Source: Nemertoderma westbladi (lineage: Eukaryota; Animalia; Xenacoelomorpha). Taken from it: DNA of 64,000 nucleotides. The notes below the pieces were generated by a model. That model was not told the origin of the DNA, did no database searches, and saw only the letters and a program-made list of their open reading frames with translations. Shown in pieces: positions 26,155 through 38,900 of this stretch. Position numbers and translations under genes: made by a program. The DNA lies in contig JAUCBJ010009149.1 of NCBI GenBank assembly GCA_032718475.1, positions 1-64,000 on the forward strand. The letters are read 5' to 3'. Numbering within the stretch: position 1 is the stretch's first letter; each line of letters begins with the position of its first letter.

Positions 26155-27384
26155 TGTTCGCGCTTTCAGACCTTTGGCAGTTTAACCCGCCAAATTCGGA
26201 TGTCTTCTAGATAATAAATCGCTTTTAGCCTCTGACAAGTATTTGATTCACTACACTAGTCGAAACCAATCTGTGCGCGATCATTCACCCGCTGGATATA
26301 CCCGGGAGATTGACTTCGACGGCTTAATCTTATTGCTATGTAAGCCTAATGTATTATTCGACTGATCGTATTATATAATCTCTGACAATATTATTCACCT
26401 TCGGGGAATATTAACAGTTCCTTTAGGACGTGGCGCTTTATCTATATAAACAGAGTTATGACTTAAACTACACGCAACGATATGGCTTAGTTATAATTCA
26501 CATATATGGCGCATTCTTTAGGAAATGCTTCGTTATCAGTCTCACTCATACACAATGCTGCACAATACTGCACACTAATCTGCCGATCTTCACTGATTTT
26601 CGTCACATATAAAAGGAACACAGACCGACTCATGTAGGGTCTATCAAATAACATTAGATTCACTTCAAACCACTTTAACATAAATCGCAATCGTTATATG
26701 TAACCGGTCTCTCTTACCTTCGGTATATCGAGAATATTGGGATTTCGGGATTATTTCTCGTTATTCCAAATATAATATTTCATCACCATATAATGAAGAA
26801 CCGACAGTAAATAGCAGTATAACGATATAAAGGTATGTACGATAAGATATATGCAGGTATGATACCAGTTTGCATTGAGTATTGCCAGTTTGATAAGTAT
26901 GATAAGTATGATAACGGATATATGTCCTTATAATTAAGCCTACTAGTGTTAGGCTAAAAGCAGAAAAGCACAAATGTTCCAAAAGCCGTTCTTTCTGGGC
27001 TCAGGACAGAATGTAAACATTGCCCATAATGCATTGTGTGATTTCTAGGAAATTTCTCTACAAGAGCAGTAAAAACGCTCTGATTGGTTGACTGAACCAA
27101 GAGGCACCGTAGAACAAAGAAAATCGACACGTATGCATATCAGCTGTTAACCGTCGTCATAGTAACTACTGTTCAAGAGTATCTAGACATTTTGCGTCAC
27201 AGAATTGCCATAGAATCACCAACCATGTCTTCCAAAGTACACATACGGAAGAAATAGCGCTTAGGTCCTCTAAAAAACACCGATACAGCAATAATACGGC
27301 CTCTTACGCCTACTAAACCAACTAAAGAGTATTTTACGGGAAAAATAAGGAAAATAACCGGGCAATTCAGCAAAAGCTTTAATA
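26155..27384 (-). repeat. 3' LTR (1230 bp) of the minus-strand Pao element
   Basis: Preceded by the PPT ctgggagcgg (27385-27394 rc); ends gcgcgaaca; similar to 1-1086. Confidence 0.88.
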
Positions 27385-27462
27385 CCGCTCCCAGAAAATG
27401 GGATTTTCAGTCTATAAAATATAAAAATCACAGTTTCTAAAACATAAAGATACTCTAAACAG

Positions 27463-28971
27463 TTAGTCTTTCTTACGCGGACGGCGTTTATGCAGTTTCT
27501 TGAGGCTAGCAAGAGTCTTTTTCTCTTTGGGGCGAGCCACTTTACTAGGAGGGCTGTAGCTCCTAGGCGAAGGGTGCAATATAATTGCATCAGAAGGTGT
27601 AGGGTTACGATCGGTATACCCGCCGGTCGAAGTACCTGGTTGATTGATATCAGCCTCAGTGGAGCGAGGTCTAACGGCCTTTAGAGCGTGTCTCAGGACA
27701 GCAGCTCCCACGGGTCCCTGACGGGTCGTCTGGACACTAGCGGTGGGTGGACCGTGAGTGGTGAGGAACTTTCTCGGTTTAATGGTTCTCTCCAGCTCGC
27801 GTTCTCGGGTTCGATATTCGTAGGGTCGCCGAGATACTTCCTGTAGTTCAGGGTGCGAGTTCACAAAGATATCGCCATACTCAGGGTCTTGACGGATAAA
27901 ATTGATCAAGTGATATGAGGTTATATCATTAGGGTTAACGTTTCTAAGGTATTTTCTAACAAACTTGGTGGAAATACACTCACCAACACGCTTCATCAAC
28001 TCATAACTCGGTACGCGTGTTTTCTGTTCAATCGACGCGAATAGATAAGGATGGAACGCGTAAACTCCCTCATAAGCGCGTCCAGGGTAATAGCGATGTC
28101 GGGATTCACAATGTAAATCCGCGTTCGCTTCCCAAGCTCGGATGTATCGCAGGGTGATCATCTCGTCTACGCTCTCTAAATCGCGATTAAAGGGACAATT
28201 GTAACTGTCATGTCCTTTAAGTTGACAGTAGTGACATTGAGTCATAAATTGTGGGCAGACGGCAAAAATATGAGAGTTATTAAGTCTGCAATATGCACAA
28301 TATATTTCCATCATCGGTTGTTCGAGGAAATAGGAGCAGGGTACATCTGAGTCCAGAGGGGTGAAGTGGTCTCTCGATGCGCATAATCGACAACGTTTTC
28401 GAGAAACATAGTTGGCGTGTCGATAATCGTACGCTGTGAGACGTTGTGGACCTTGATACCACTCTAAGACGTAATCATTATCGCTGCTCCGGGAAGCTGT
28501 AGGCTGAATCGCTTCTGATTCCAAGCATACTGGCTCATCCTCCAACTGCATAGTTGAGGTGGGTGCGTCTGTCTCAGTAAGTGGACCCACTGTCTGTACT
28601 TCTACGACAGAATAACCTGTAGGTATTCGGGGTCTTTGTATAACAGATGAATGTAAGTTCTGTATACAAACGTCTTGAAAAATGGCAAATCCAGCGCTAC
28701 TCAGTTTCTCCGCAGCTGAGTCTCTCAGACTGAGTTTGGTCAGCGCGCGGTCCTTGAACTGACTATCGACGTTACGGAACGGAGTCAGAAAGCGCCGGAA
28801 ACATTCGAAACGTATAAATTTATTATGTTCATCTAACTTGGCGAGTTTGGTTCCAAGTATTAATGGATGGGCGCGTATGGTACAACTGCACACATCGGCT
28901 AGCCAACCGGCAAGTGCTGCGTTTTCAAAGATCGTGTATATAGCTAAGGAAGGGCGAAGTGGAACACTCAT
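27463..28971 (-). CDS. Extra retrotransposon ORF3, 502 aa, with CCHC zinc knuckles and a basic C-terminus
   Basis: Intact ORF between pol and the PPT; CRLC..H..C, CAYC..H...C, CHYCQLKGHDSYNC; ends KKLHKRRPRKKD. Confidence 0.8.
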   Translation of the reverse strand: MSVPLRPSLAIYTIFENAALAGWLADVCSCTIRAHPLILGTKLAKLDEHNKFIRFECFRRFLTPFRNVDSQFKDRALTKLSLRDSAAEKLSSAGFAIFQDVCIQNLHSSVIQRPRIPTGYSVVEVQTVGPLTETDAPTSTMQLEDEPVCLESEAIQPTASRSSDNDYVLEWYQGPQRLTAYDYRHANYVSRKRCRLCASRDHFTPLDSDVPCSYFLEQPMMEIYCAYCRLNNSHIFAVCPQFMTQCHYCQLKGHDSYNCPFNRDLESVDEMITLRYIRAWEANADLHCESRHRYYPGRAYEGVYAFHPYLFASIEQKTRVPSYELMKRVGECISTKFVRKYLRNVNPNDITSYHLINFIRQDPEYGDIFVNSHPELQEVSRRPYEYRTRERELERTIKPRKFLTTHGPPTASVQTTRQGPVGAAVLRHALKAVRPRSTEADINQPGTSTGGYTDRNPTPSDAIILHPSPRSYSPPSKVARPKEKKTLASLKKLHKRRPRKKD

Positions 28972-29314
28972 AAATACCTACCAATAATACTTGAATATAG
29001 TAGTGGCTTTATTGTACTTTAATAAGTACGGACATTTCATCTTACTGTAGTTACGTATTTATAATATAATACGAACAGCAAGGAAAGAGAAAATAATGGT
29101 TTCTCGCCGTCGCACTAAATGTAATATAAGTAATTACGTACGTAATAATGCGAATATATTGCACTATTCTACTAAATAATCACTAAATAATATTCTACTT
29201 AAAATAAAAATCAAAGAAAACGATTATAATAAAAATACATAACAATACATACAGAAATATAAAAATAATAAAATAATATAAAATAATAGAGTCACACGCC
29301 CACTCCGAACGATA

Positions 29315-30862
29315 TTATGTTGGGGAGCCCCTAGATGTTGATTGGATTAGGGAGGTGGTCGTGGGAAGAGTTTCTTGCCTTCCATAGTTTCCTGAGAGCT
29401 CTGTGTCTCTTTCCAGTAAACATAAACGACCCACTGGGCGGTTGAGCTGTTGAGTCTCAAAGACTAACCCCTGTTTCTTAAAGTTACGCCGCATGACGAC
29501 GAGTTCTACCGATCGCACCAAACCATCGCTCGAGATGTGTGTCTCGATGATACGACCTGTTTGCCATCGCTTACGTGGGAGATCGGGGTCCACAATAAGC
29601 ACCATGTCTCCAGCGCTGACGTTTTCTTGCTGCGCAAACCACTTAGTTCGAAGTTGTAGAGTGGGCAGATAATGTTTCTCGAAATGGTCAGCGAAACGAC
29701 GGGATAGCAACTGCATAAGTTGCCAGGTTTGACGGCAGTACTCGTCTCCATCTGTGATCTCCAATCGTGGGAGCATGGCTACGGGTTTCTTCAGTAGAAA
29801 GTGCGCGGGTGTTAGCGCTTCCAGGGAATCAGGACTCGAAGAGACTGGGATAAGCGGTTTTTCGTTGAGATAGGCGGCGATTTCCTCCATTAACGTCCGC
29901 AAGAGTTCGTCGGTGAGATAAGCGCGACACGGCACTATAAAGTGGAATGCAGTCTTCACACTCCTAATCAATCTCTCCCAACTTCCTCCCCACCAAGGGG
30001 CGTCGGCGGCGTTGAAGGTCCAGCTAGACGCTGTTACTTTTAGCTGGTCATCCACCTGTCTTTGGTTCCAGTCCTTTACGTAAGCTTGAATTTCGTTGTT
30101 GGCACCAATGAAGTTCGTTCCCTTATCCGATCTCATCGTGTTACTAGTTCCGAAGCGAGCGATCTGTCGTCGTAAACTTAACACGAAGCTGTTGGTAGAT
30201 AGATCGTTTACCATATCGAGATGGATAGCTCTACAAGTCATACAAACGAAGATGACACACCATCTCTTGACTATAGTCCGGGCACGATATACTTCAATAG
30301 GGCCAAATAAATCCACACCGGTATTAGTAAAGGGTGGTTCATAGAAGCTTACTCTTACCCTAGGTAATTCTGCCTCTCGCTGTGTTAAAGGCCTACTGAA
30401 TGCTTTCCTACAGGGTATGCAGTTCCTAAGAACTTGGTTCAGAGCTCTACGGGGTTTATAAAAATAGTAGCGAGTTCGAATTTCGCTAAGAACTCGTTCT
30501 CTACCAGCATGGTACAGTTTACTATGAACATCTACAATCATCTTGATTTGTATATCAAGATTTCTAATGAGTATGGGAAACTTAGTGTCAAAGGATAATG
30601 GGGCGTTAGTAAGCCTTCCTCCCACACGTATTAACCCATCTATCATTGTACTAGAGAAACGATCCCTTAAGCGCATCTGCGGATTTCTCAACAACAGGAA
30701 ATACTTATTGGAATCCTCATAGCATTGTAGGAGTCTCAGCATCTGTTTGTTGGTTTCATCATGCTCCTGGTAACTGATCTTCTCCTTTAGAAACCTGTCG
30801 GATATCTTATATCTGATCTTTAACAACATGGACTCGTGCAGATGTCGATGGAGCATCATCAC
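29315..30862 (-). CDS. pol: Pao pol: integrase (frameshifted segment)
   Basis: HHCC zinc finger, GVDLFGP, SDKGTNF, APWWGGSWERL, DUF5641-like tail. Confidence 0.92.
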   Translation of the reverse strand: MMMLHRHLHESMLLKIRYKISDRFLKEKISYQEHDETNKQMLRLLQCYEDSNKYFLLLRNPQMRLRDRFSSTMIDGLIRVGGRLTNAPLSFDTKFPILIRNLDIQIKMIVDVHSKLYHAGRERVLSEIRTRYYFYKPRRALNQVLRNCIPCRKAFSRPLTQREAELPRVRVSFYEPPFTNTGVDLFGPIEVYRARTIVKRWCVIFVCMTCRAIHLDMVNDLSTNSFVLSLRRQIARFGTSNTMRSDKGTNFIGANNEIQAYVKDWNQRQVDDQLKVTASSWTFNAADAPWWGGSWERLIRSVKTAFHFIVPCRAYLTDELLRTLMEEIAAYLNEKPLIPVSSSPDSLEALTPAHFLLKKPVAMLPRLEITDGDEYCRQTWQLMQLLSRRFADHFEKHYLPTLQLRTKWFAQQENVSAGDMVLIVDPDLPRKRWQTGRIIETHISSDGLVRSVELVVMRRNFKKQGLVFETQQLNRPVGRLCLLERDTELSGNYGRQETLPTTTSLIQSTSRGSPT

Positions 30863-31871
30863 TATTGGTCTTTGTCCTGGAGTAATGATGATGAAAACAT
30901 CGTTTTAAATATGTGACGGCTTTACAGAGCCGATTCCAGGAACTGTAGTGATGTATCGCTCTCTGCAGGAGAGGTGAGAGTCCTTGCGAGATATCTGGTA
31001 TTCCAGATTTCCAATCCTTGTCACGGATTTCCACTACTTCTTTATTCGTGGCGGTGGGTTTCTGATCCAAAGCATCACTTCCGGAAGTAAATAATACAGA
31101 TAGATCAACCGCAAGTTTAAATAATTTCGATTTACTCGCTCGAGTTTTAGGTTTAACTTTCTCCGCTCCCTTGGCCTGTCTAATCTCTGCTGTTGTGAGA
31201 TGGGGAGGCCATTCTTCTTCTTCTCTGTAGAGGAAGTCGGGTCCACCTAACCATTTGGGAGTATTTACCAATTCTTGTGGAGTCGCTCCCCTGGAGGCGA
31301 TGTCTGCTGGATTAATCGTTCCAGGGCAATGTCTCCATTGATCCATCGTCGTGCGACTAAGTATGATGGCTACTCTGTTGGTAACGAAGACGCTGAACTG
31401 ACAGACTTCATTGGTTATATACTCCAACACGAGTAAAGCGTCGGTCCAATAGACAGTTTTCTCTAATGGATAATCGATCTGTTCGGTTACATTCCGGCCG
31501 ATGGCTGTAGCGTATAGAGCCGCCTTTAACTCCGCTCGAGGAACTTTCAACTTGTTGTTTATTAATGCCTTAGAAGTAACCAAGGCGACTTTGATTCCAT
31601 CCGGAGTTTCCACCCTTAGGTAGGCTACTATACCTATTCCCATATCGCTGGCATCTCCAAACACATGGAGTTGATAGGAATACGTAGGGAGAACATGACC
31701 AAAATATGAACGGGAAATTATAAAATCCTCGATGGCCGGCAGAGAATCTTCCCATTTCATCCACTTCTTTAATAATTCTCCCTTAAGTGGATCGTCCCAT
31801 GAGTGGTTTTCAAGCCACATTTGTTGTACCAAACTTCGAGCAATCAATATAACTGGGCTAATAAATCCCAA
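30807..31871 (-). CDS. pol: Pao pol: RNase H / peptidase A17 region (frameshifted segment)
   Basis: LHVFGDAS, PRAEL, YWTDA, NPADIASRG. Confidence 0.92.
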   Translation of the reverse strand: MGFISPVILIARSLVQQMWLENHSWDDPLKGELLKKWMKWEDSLPAIEDFIISRSYFGHVLPTYSYQLHVFGDASDMGIGIVAYLRVETPDGIKVALVTSKALINNKLKVPRAELKAALYATAIGRNVTEQIDYPLEKTVYWTDALLVLEYITNEVCQFSVFVTNRVAIILSRTTMDQWRHCPGTINPADIASRGATPQELVNTPKWLGGPDFLYREEEEWPPHLTTAEIRQAKGAEKVKPKTRASKSKLFKLAVDLSVLFTSGSDALDQKPTATNKEVVEIRDKDWKSGIPDISQGLSPLLQRAIHHYSSWNRLCKAVTYLKRCFHHHYSRTKTNSDDAPSTSARVHVVKDQI

Positions 31872-31916
31872 TGGATCGAAATAAGTGCTCAGTATACTTA
31901 AACAAATCCGTTTGGT

Positions 31917-33220
31917 TCAAACTGGATTATCTCGCTGTTTTAGTTGGAAAAACAGGATATCTCTCTCTGTGTCCCATTTCAAGCCGAGTGTCTTGGTTTC
32001 TGGAAGATCATCCTTGATCAAATCTAGATCTTTCGCCCCTCGATCTTCTGCAGGGATCGACTCCAGAAACTCACGGGAGTTGCTGGTGAATTTAGTTAAT
32101 CTAAATCCACCTCTTTTTAAGCACTCTACCGTTCCTTTAGCGACCTCAATGGCTTCTTCAACTGATGGAAGGGACTTCAGATTATCGTCCATGTATATGT
32201 CCCGCTTGATGTTGTCAATCACTTCCTTAGAGAAGGCTTCTCGGTTGTCATCCGCAGTGGTACGTACCACTGAACAGGCGTTGGAAGGGCTTGAGATTAT
32301 CCCAAAGGCCTGGATGGTCATCCAGTACTCCACCGGTTTCTGGTTGAGGTCTCCTTCGGGCCACCATAGAAATCGTAGGCTATCTCGATCCCTATCCAGC
32401 ACCTTGACTTGTAAGAACATGCCTTCTATATCTGAGGCGAAAGCGATTGAATATTGTCTTAATCTTAAAAGAATTCCCAACAAGGATTGAAGTAAGTTGG
32501 GTCCGGGTAACAATTCAGAGTTAAGGGATTGACCCATGTAGAGAGCGGAGCCATCAAACACTACTCTCACTTCATGTGGTTTACCGGGTTTGGGAACGTA
32601 ATGATGAGTTAAGTAATACGTTCTTTCAGTTACAGGTGTTTCTTCCGGTACTCTCTCCGCGTATCCCTTACTAATAAATTTCTTCAGCTGTGTTTGATAC
32701 ATTTCTTTAGCTGAAGAATTTGCCGTGAGGCGTCGATGGAGTTGAGCGATTCTTTTCTCCGCCAAGGGTCTGTTATTGATGAACTTTGGTTCTCTCTTGC
32801 GGAAAGGTAGACCGACTTCATACCTACCTTGATCTTTGAGGAAACGTGTAGTTGTCTCTTGGATCTGCTTGGCCCTTTCCTCTTCCACCGATAAGGCCTT
32901 ATCGTAGGAATTGGGCTCTACCGCCTCCTGCGTAAAGAATCGTACGGCATGTTCATCCCGAGTCTTGGCATTATAACGTTCAATGACGTCATTTAGCTCA
33001 TCATTATACGCTTCTCTTTCGGATGGATAAAGAAGTTGACATAGGTTCACTTGATTTTGCCAAGCCTCGTTTTCCTTAAGGAGATCAATGGTATTCTCTT
33101 CGTCAAAGAGTTGGTGGACGTCGTCGTTATCTGAGGAGTATGGAGTTCCCTCAGTTGGATCGTCTCCCTCACTAGTATGATCTTCCCATTCACTCTCTTG
33201 GCAGACGCGATCTTGAGGTA
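31917..33220 (-). CDS. pol: Pao pol: reverse transcriptase (frameshifted segment; frame extends up to the Maverick TSD)
   Basis: RVVFDGSA, SLNSELLPGPNL, DIEGMFLQV, YMDD, TLGLKWD. Confidence 0.92.
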
Positions 33221-33226
33221 GTCTTT

Positions 33227-33548
33227 AGTAGTATAAGATACATGGAGACGGCACCATGGTCACCCGTAGCCCGTCATTACCATCCATTTCTGGTACTGCA
33301 GCCAATCAGAAGCCACCATTTCAACCTTTTGCAGTGGTCGTTATTATTTCAACCAATCAGATGTCAGCATTTCATCCGTAACCATGGTAACTTCTCAAGT
33401 TCCCGCTTATTCCGCTAGAGGCGTTATTAGTCACCCAACGCTAGTACTGCATCCAATCACCAACCTTTATTTTACAGGTGTTCGGGTGTCTACACTTAGC
33501 ATCAGGTAACTTCTACTATTTTTTCAAATCGCAATTTTTCAGCAACCA
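33227..33548 (+). repeat. Maverick 1 left TIR (~320 bp)
   Basis: Reverse complement of 54189-54507. Confidence 0.93.
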
Positions 33549-33810
33549 GTATTTTCATATTCACCAACCTTTATTTTACAGACGCTAGAGGTGTCTACAG
33601 GTAACTTCTACCATTTTTCAAATCGCTATTTTTCAGCAACCAGTATTTTCATATTCACCAACCTTTATTTTACAGGTGCTACGAGTGTCTACAGGTAACG
33701 TCTACCATTTTTCAAATCGCTATTTTTCAGCAACCAGTATTTTCATATTTACCAACCTTTATTTTACAGACACTAGAGGTGTCTACAGGTAACGTCTACT
33801 ATTTTTCACC
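33458..33810 (+). repeat. Subterminal 94-bp tandem repeats (4 units; 2 units in Maverick 2)
   Basis: accaacctttattttacag starts near 33458, 33562, 33656 and 33750. Confidence 0.85.
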
Positions 33811-33846
33811 AGTAACTAAATTTAATTTTGCAATTTTTCAGATAAC

Positions 33847-33921
33847 AAAATATTCAACAGGGTTCGAACCCAGGATCGATATAACTCCTCACAACTTGTC
33901 ACCCACTCTTCCATCCAACCT
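33847..33921 (-). ncRNA. Putative Pol III (tRNA-like) unit inside the Maverick
   Basis: A box TGGAAGAGTGG, B box GGTTCGAACC, then TTTT; B box and T-run kept in Maverick 2 (~55553-55630). Confidence 0.35.
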
Positions 33922-34359
33922 CGAGAGAAAAAGGCGATAAATATCTGAGTTATACCATAGTCATTGAATTCTTCATCTTCATCACTGGTAGCAGATGATT
34001 ATAAATAGCTTCTAGTTCCTTAACATAATTACTATAGCGTAGAATACATTAATTCGACTATTAATAATAATCGATTTCTTTTATCGATGTAACTGATCGA
34101 TCAACTAAGTTGAATATAAGTTAGAATGACAGGGCTAGCATTGATCACGTTGCATCTGTTACACGTTACTGCTATTTCACTCTCTAACTCACGCTAATGT
34201 AATAAATTTAGCTGTACACGTTGCATCTGTTACACGAAGCAACTATATTCCTCACTGTAAGTCACTCTGTTTTATTAAAGCAAGCATATAAACCGAAGTT
34301 TTACATTCTAATAATCATTTATTTAGTTTTTATTTTTCAAAATAGTTTTCATTCTAATT

Positions 34360-35385
34360 ATGGATTTATTTAAAAAAACTTCAAGCAATACTTGGAAATT
34401 TACATTTAATAAATATACCTGTAGTATTGTTTATGGCAAGTACTTTATATTACTCTCAAGCGATAGCAATGTAACAACGTGCTTCTCTTACCTGGATACA
34501 CTCTACCTTCTAGACGTCTTAGAAATATTAATCAACCGACAAAAGGAATCACCAGTTTCAAGAGGTAATATTTATCCTAATATAGAATTTACAAGAGGAA
34601 AGTTAAATATTTCCACCTGTGTTATTACTGAAAACGTATATATTCAGAAGCAAGGCAAATGCCAAATTCTAAACAAATCACTCATTAATTTATTGCTTCA
34701 GAGTAAGACAGAAATATTAGAATTGTTATCACCACCACTCGAAATAATAAATCAGTGTTCTGTTGTTAATTTAACCAACCCATCTTTTGTTGGTTTTGTA
34801 AGCAAATATAAAGGAGCGACTTATATATAGATATTCTGATGCTATTGGTCTTAGGTATTATAATGGGTTTAACTTAACAGCATCGGAAGTAAATTCATTG
34901 TGGTATGAATGGAATTATGAAATTAGTAACGAAGGTGTCTTTTCAGAGCTAGATACGGACGATAAAGTAGCTTTATCTGACCGACTTAAAGTAAAAATAA
35001 ATGTACAAGAAAAAAAAGTAATTATTACAGACAAGGAAAGCAAATATGTACAGTTACATTACGATAAAGACATACCATATATAGAGTTTCTCTACGATAT
35101 GATGTTAAATGTTCATCAACTGATATAGCAGACGGTTTCGCGATTCTATATCCACCAACTTGGAAGTTTAAGGTTAATAAGTCATTTCCAGAAGTAGTTT
35201 CATCCACATTTAATCCAAAGACATACATCAAAGAGACCTCGAGTGATAGAAAGCGCAGATCTACATCTCAAACATCTTCCATTCCCAACAATGATTCTAT
35301 ACCTACAAAGAAAATAAAAGTTACAAAAGCAAGTGAAGAGGTAGCAGATTACAATAAGGAACATATAAAAACAGTATCAGATTGA
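34360..35385 (+). pseudogene. Maverick ORF1 (~350 aa, possible PC4/Sub1-like domain), disrupted copy
   Basis: Homolog of 56068-57112; ~20-bp deletion near 34828 and a further frameshift near 35110. Confidence 0.65.
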
Positions 35386-35935
35386 TTTATTATTAACTAG
35401 AGACTTTTCTTTTTCAGTTTCACACTGACTTGTAAAGGTAACTTTTTATCACAAAGCGTGATTATTATAAAGTATTTGCATGTAAAGGTGACTTTATTGA
35501 GTAAATATTGGTGATAGTTTATATTTAATGTGAGCATGGGATTAGGTATAAAACATTCGCATGTAAATACATGAGTTTACACCACCATAATAAAACATTA
35601 ATGTGTAAAACCTCCTTTATCAATGAAAATTAAAAACGCATTATACACATCTTGGTTTAGACTTGATTTTATTATAAAGAATTCAGTTGTAAAAGCAACT
35701 TTATTTATGATATTAGTTTCCAATGTAACTGTTATTTATGATTGGTTGGTATAAGTAGAAACTTGAAATATATATAAAGAGCTCAACTGATTCAATCGAG
35801 CTCATTCTGAAAATATTAAATTAATTAAAGTTTAGATATTATATTTTATTTGTGTTGAGTAGCTTATGAATTTTTTTGATTATATATATAACAATATTCA
35901 TATTAATTTTAAATTGTTTTTAGGATAATAAAGAG

Positions 35936-38900
35936 ATGGATAAACAATTGAAATGTCCATTTTGTCCTCTTCAAATTTCTAAACGAAATTATTTAACACA
36001 TGTGAAATCTCATTTTGAAGAATACAATTGTTTTAATTGTCGAGTGAAATGTTCACGTGAAGAAATATGTAAACGACATGAAACAACTACAGGATGTAAA
36101 GAAATGAAGTTTTGCGTGTATGAAAAAACTTGCCCTACTTGTAATAAAGAGTATTTATATGAGAATTACTTACGTCACGACTGTCACCAACGTTATTATC
36201 ATGTTAGACCACCACCACCACAACGGAACCAAAACAATACTATCGTATCTAGAAAACGACTGAAATCTGGTCAAGGTTCATCAATTTTTAACATTGAACG
36301 AGCCGCACACGATAACCGTTTAGAAATCTATGTTTACAATTTTCCAGATGATGAAGATTTTCCTGATATTCATTCATCGATAGTAAAAATTCTTCCTCAT
36401 ATTAAAAACTTATTATTAGGAAAACTTAGCGAAATGAATGTACTTAGACCCTGGCTAGGTGTGAATATACTCATGTATCGATCACATTTTTCAGAGGGTG
36501 ATCAAGAAGAAGCTTTCTATTTTAGTTCTCCGGGTGGTTCAGTTAATACCGTAGATTCACATGAAAGTTTTGACACATGGTTTGAGTATGTATTAGAAAA
36601 ATTAATGGAAAAAATAGCCATATTTAACACTCGTGGCTCAGGGTGGCGCGTTAAATCTTTATTAAGAGTGGAAATTAAAGTAGCTGAATCCAAGTGTAGG
36701 TCGTTACTATATAAGGGACACGGTTATATGGAGTTACCTAAGGCTCTATCAGGTAAACAATGTGTTATAAATATACAAACGGCTGATAATGATTGTTTTA
36801 AATGGGCAATTATAGCTACAAAATTTAGTAGCAAAGTGAAAGATCACAAAAACCGTACTTCACAGGACACAGACTATATGAGTCATTTCATTTTTGACAA
36901 TGGGAACAAAGATTATCCAACAGAATGGCCGCTTGCAATTAAACTTTTTGAAAAACAGAATTCAGCATATATAATTAATTTATTACTCTACAACAACAAT
37001 CGAGTATCTATATTAAGACAGGCACCATTTAGTAAAATCACTCCAGATAAAGAGTTATTGAATATATTACTTGTAAAAAATAAGAATACGAGTAAACAAT
37101 CACATTATGTTTGCATAACTAACTTGAATCGTTTGATGAATACGAGAGCTCTTCATACTCGTGGTAGGCATTTTTGTGAACGGTGTTTGGCGCCTTTCTA
37201 CACCAAGGATGTTCTAGAACGTCACCGTCTTGCTTGTTATCGAGGTAAAAGTCAAGTTGAGAAGCTACCGTCTGAAAAAAGAACTCACATTAGCTTTAGA
37301 AATTTAGACAGAACATTACCAGCATTGTTTGTAATATATTTTGACATAGAATCTATTTTGGAGCCAGCCATCAACAGTAAATTTATTCAGAATCATATTC
37401 CATGCGCTGTAAGTTATTTAATTGTCCCTAGTAGCGAATTAATCAATCCACCAAAATTTTATTTGAAGACCTTTACAAAAACAATCGACAACAACTGTAT
37501 TCAAGACTTTTTAGACTCTGTATATAATGACATCACCCAATTATATAAGTGGTCGGAAGATCATACACACGAAAAAATAATACTTAATGATGTAGATAAG
37601 TTAAGTTTTTGGAAAGCTAAAACTTGCTTTTATTGCAATGTTTTATTTAAGGATAAGTCTGAGAAAAACAAACATCACTCACATATTACTGGTAACTATA
37701 TAGCGGCCGCTTGTAACGCATGTAACCGCTCTTTATCGTTGAAACGACACATGTATATACTCGCTGCACACAACTGTAATCTCTACGATTTGCATTTTCT
37801 TTTACAAGTTGGTTTTACCAACAACCGATATTCCGATTGGGATATAAAGGTAATCCCTAAAAATTCTGAAAGGTATATTTCACTAAGCATGCATATACCG
37901 ATGAAAGATCAAAAACAAAAAATCGAGCTACGTGTCTTAGACACATATCAATTTTTATCCTTTTCCCTAAGTACTTTAGTTGATTGTTCAACAAAGGATA
38001 TAGACAGCGAGGATATAACATCAGTTCTACCAATTACTGAACAGCAAGTGAAATATTTTAATCCAAATTTAAACAATGCAACAATTAAACGAAAAGGTAT
38101 ATTTCCCTACGAGTACCTGACAGATTTAAATAAATTCAATGATTCGAAATTACCATCAATAGACAAATTTTATAGTAAACTAACACAAAATACCTGTACA
38201 CCCGAGGAATATAGTTTTGCCAACGCGTCATGGAGTCAGTTTGACTGTGTGAATCTCAAGGATTATCTTTTAGCATACTTAAAACTCGATGTTTGTCTCC
38301 TCGCTGATATATTTGAGAACTTTAGGAGAGTATGTAGACAAAACTACGAATTAGAAGTAGTTTATTATTGTAGTATCGCAGCTTTCACTTATGATTGCGC
38401 CCTGAAATACAATAAATGTAAGTTAGCATTAATAAAAGATTACCATAGAATCAAATATACCAGATACTGATAATTATGATCCAAGCAAGGAAGAGTGTCA
38501 TATTTTTAATATAGATTTTAATTCCTTGTATTCGGGAAATTTAAGTAAAAAGCTACCTGTTTCAGGTTTTGAACAAGTCAACGTTACATATTTAGAGAAT
38601 GCTGCTCCAGAAGAACTAATAAACTATTTGATAAATCTTAATACTGAAGGTGATATTGGGTTTTTCTTAATTTGCGATTTGAAATATCCCAAAGATATTC
38701 ACGATCGTACATTAGAACTACCCTTAGCCCCAGAACATTTAAGTATAAATGAGACAATGCTTTCACCATATATGAGGGAACAATATAATCATGTATGTAA
38801 ACAAAGAGGCACTAATAGCAAGTATAAGATGTGTGCACCGAAACTTATGTTGACACAATTCGATAAAGAATTCTATCATGTAAATTTTAAACTGTTAAAA

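Noticed and set aside
27463-28971. env gene call for ORF3
   Set aside because: No evident signal peptide, fusion peptide or TM anchor; zinc knuckles and a basic tail instead.
31885-32490. 201-aa plus-strand ORF
   Set aside because: Antisense shadow of the Pao RT.
33458-33810. CRISPR-like periodic repeats (also 39325-40255 and 41706-42790)
   Set aside because: No unique spacers and no cas genes; these are eukaryotic TE subterminal or tandem repeats.
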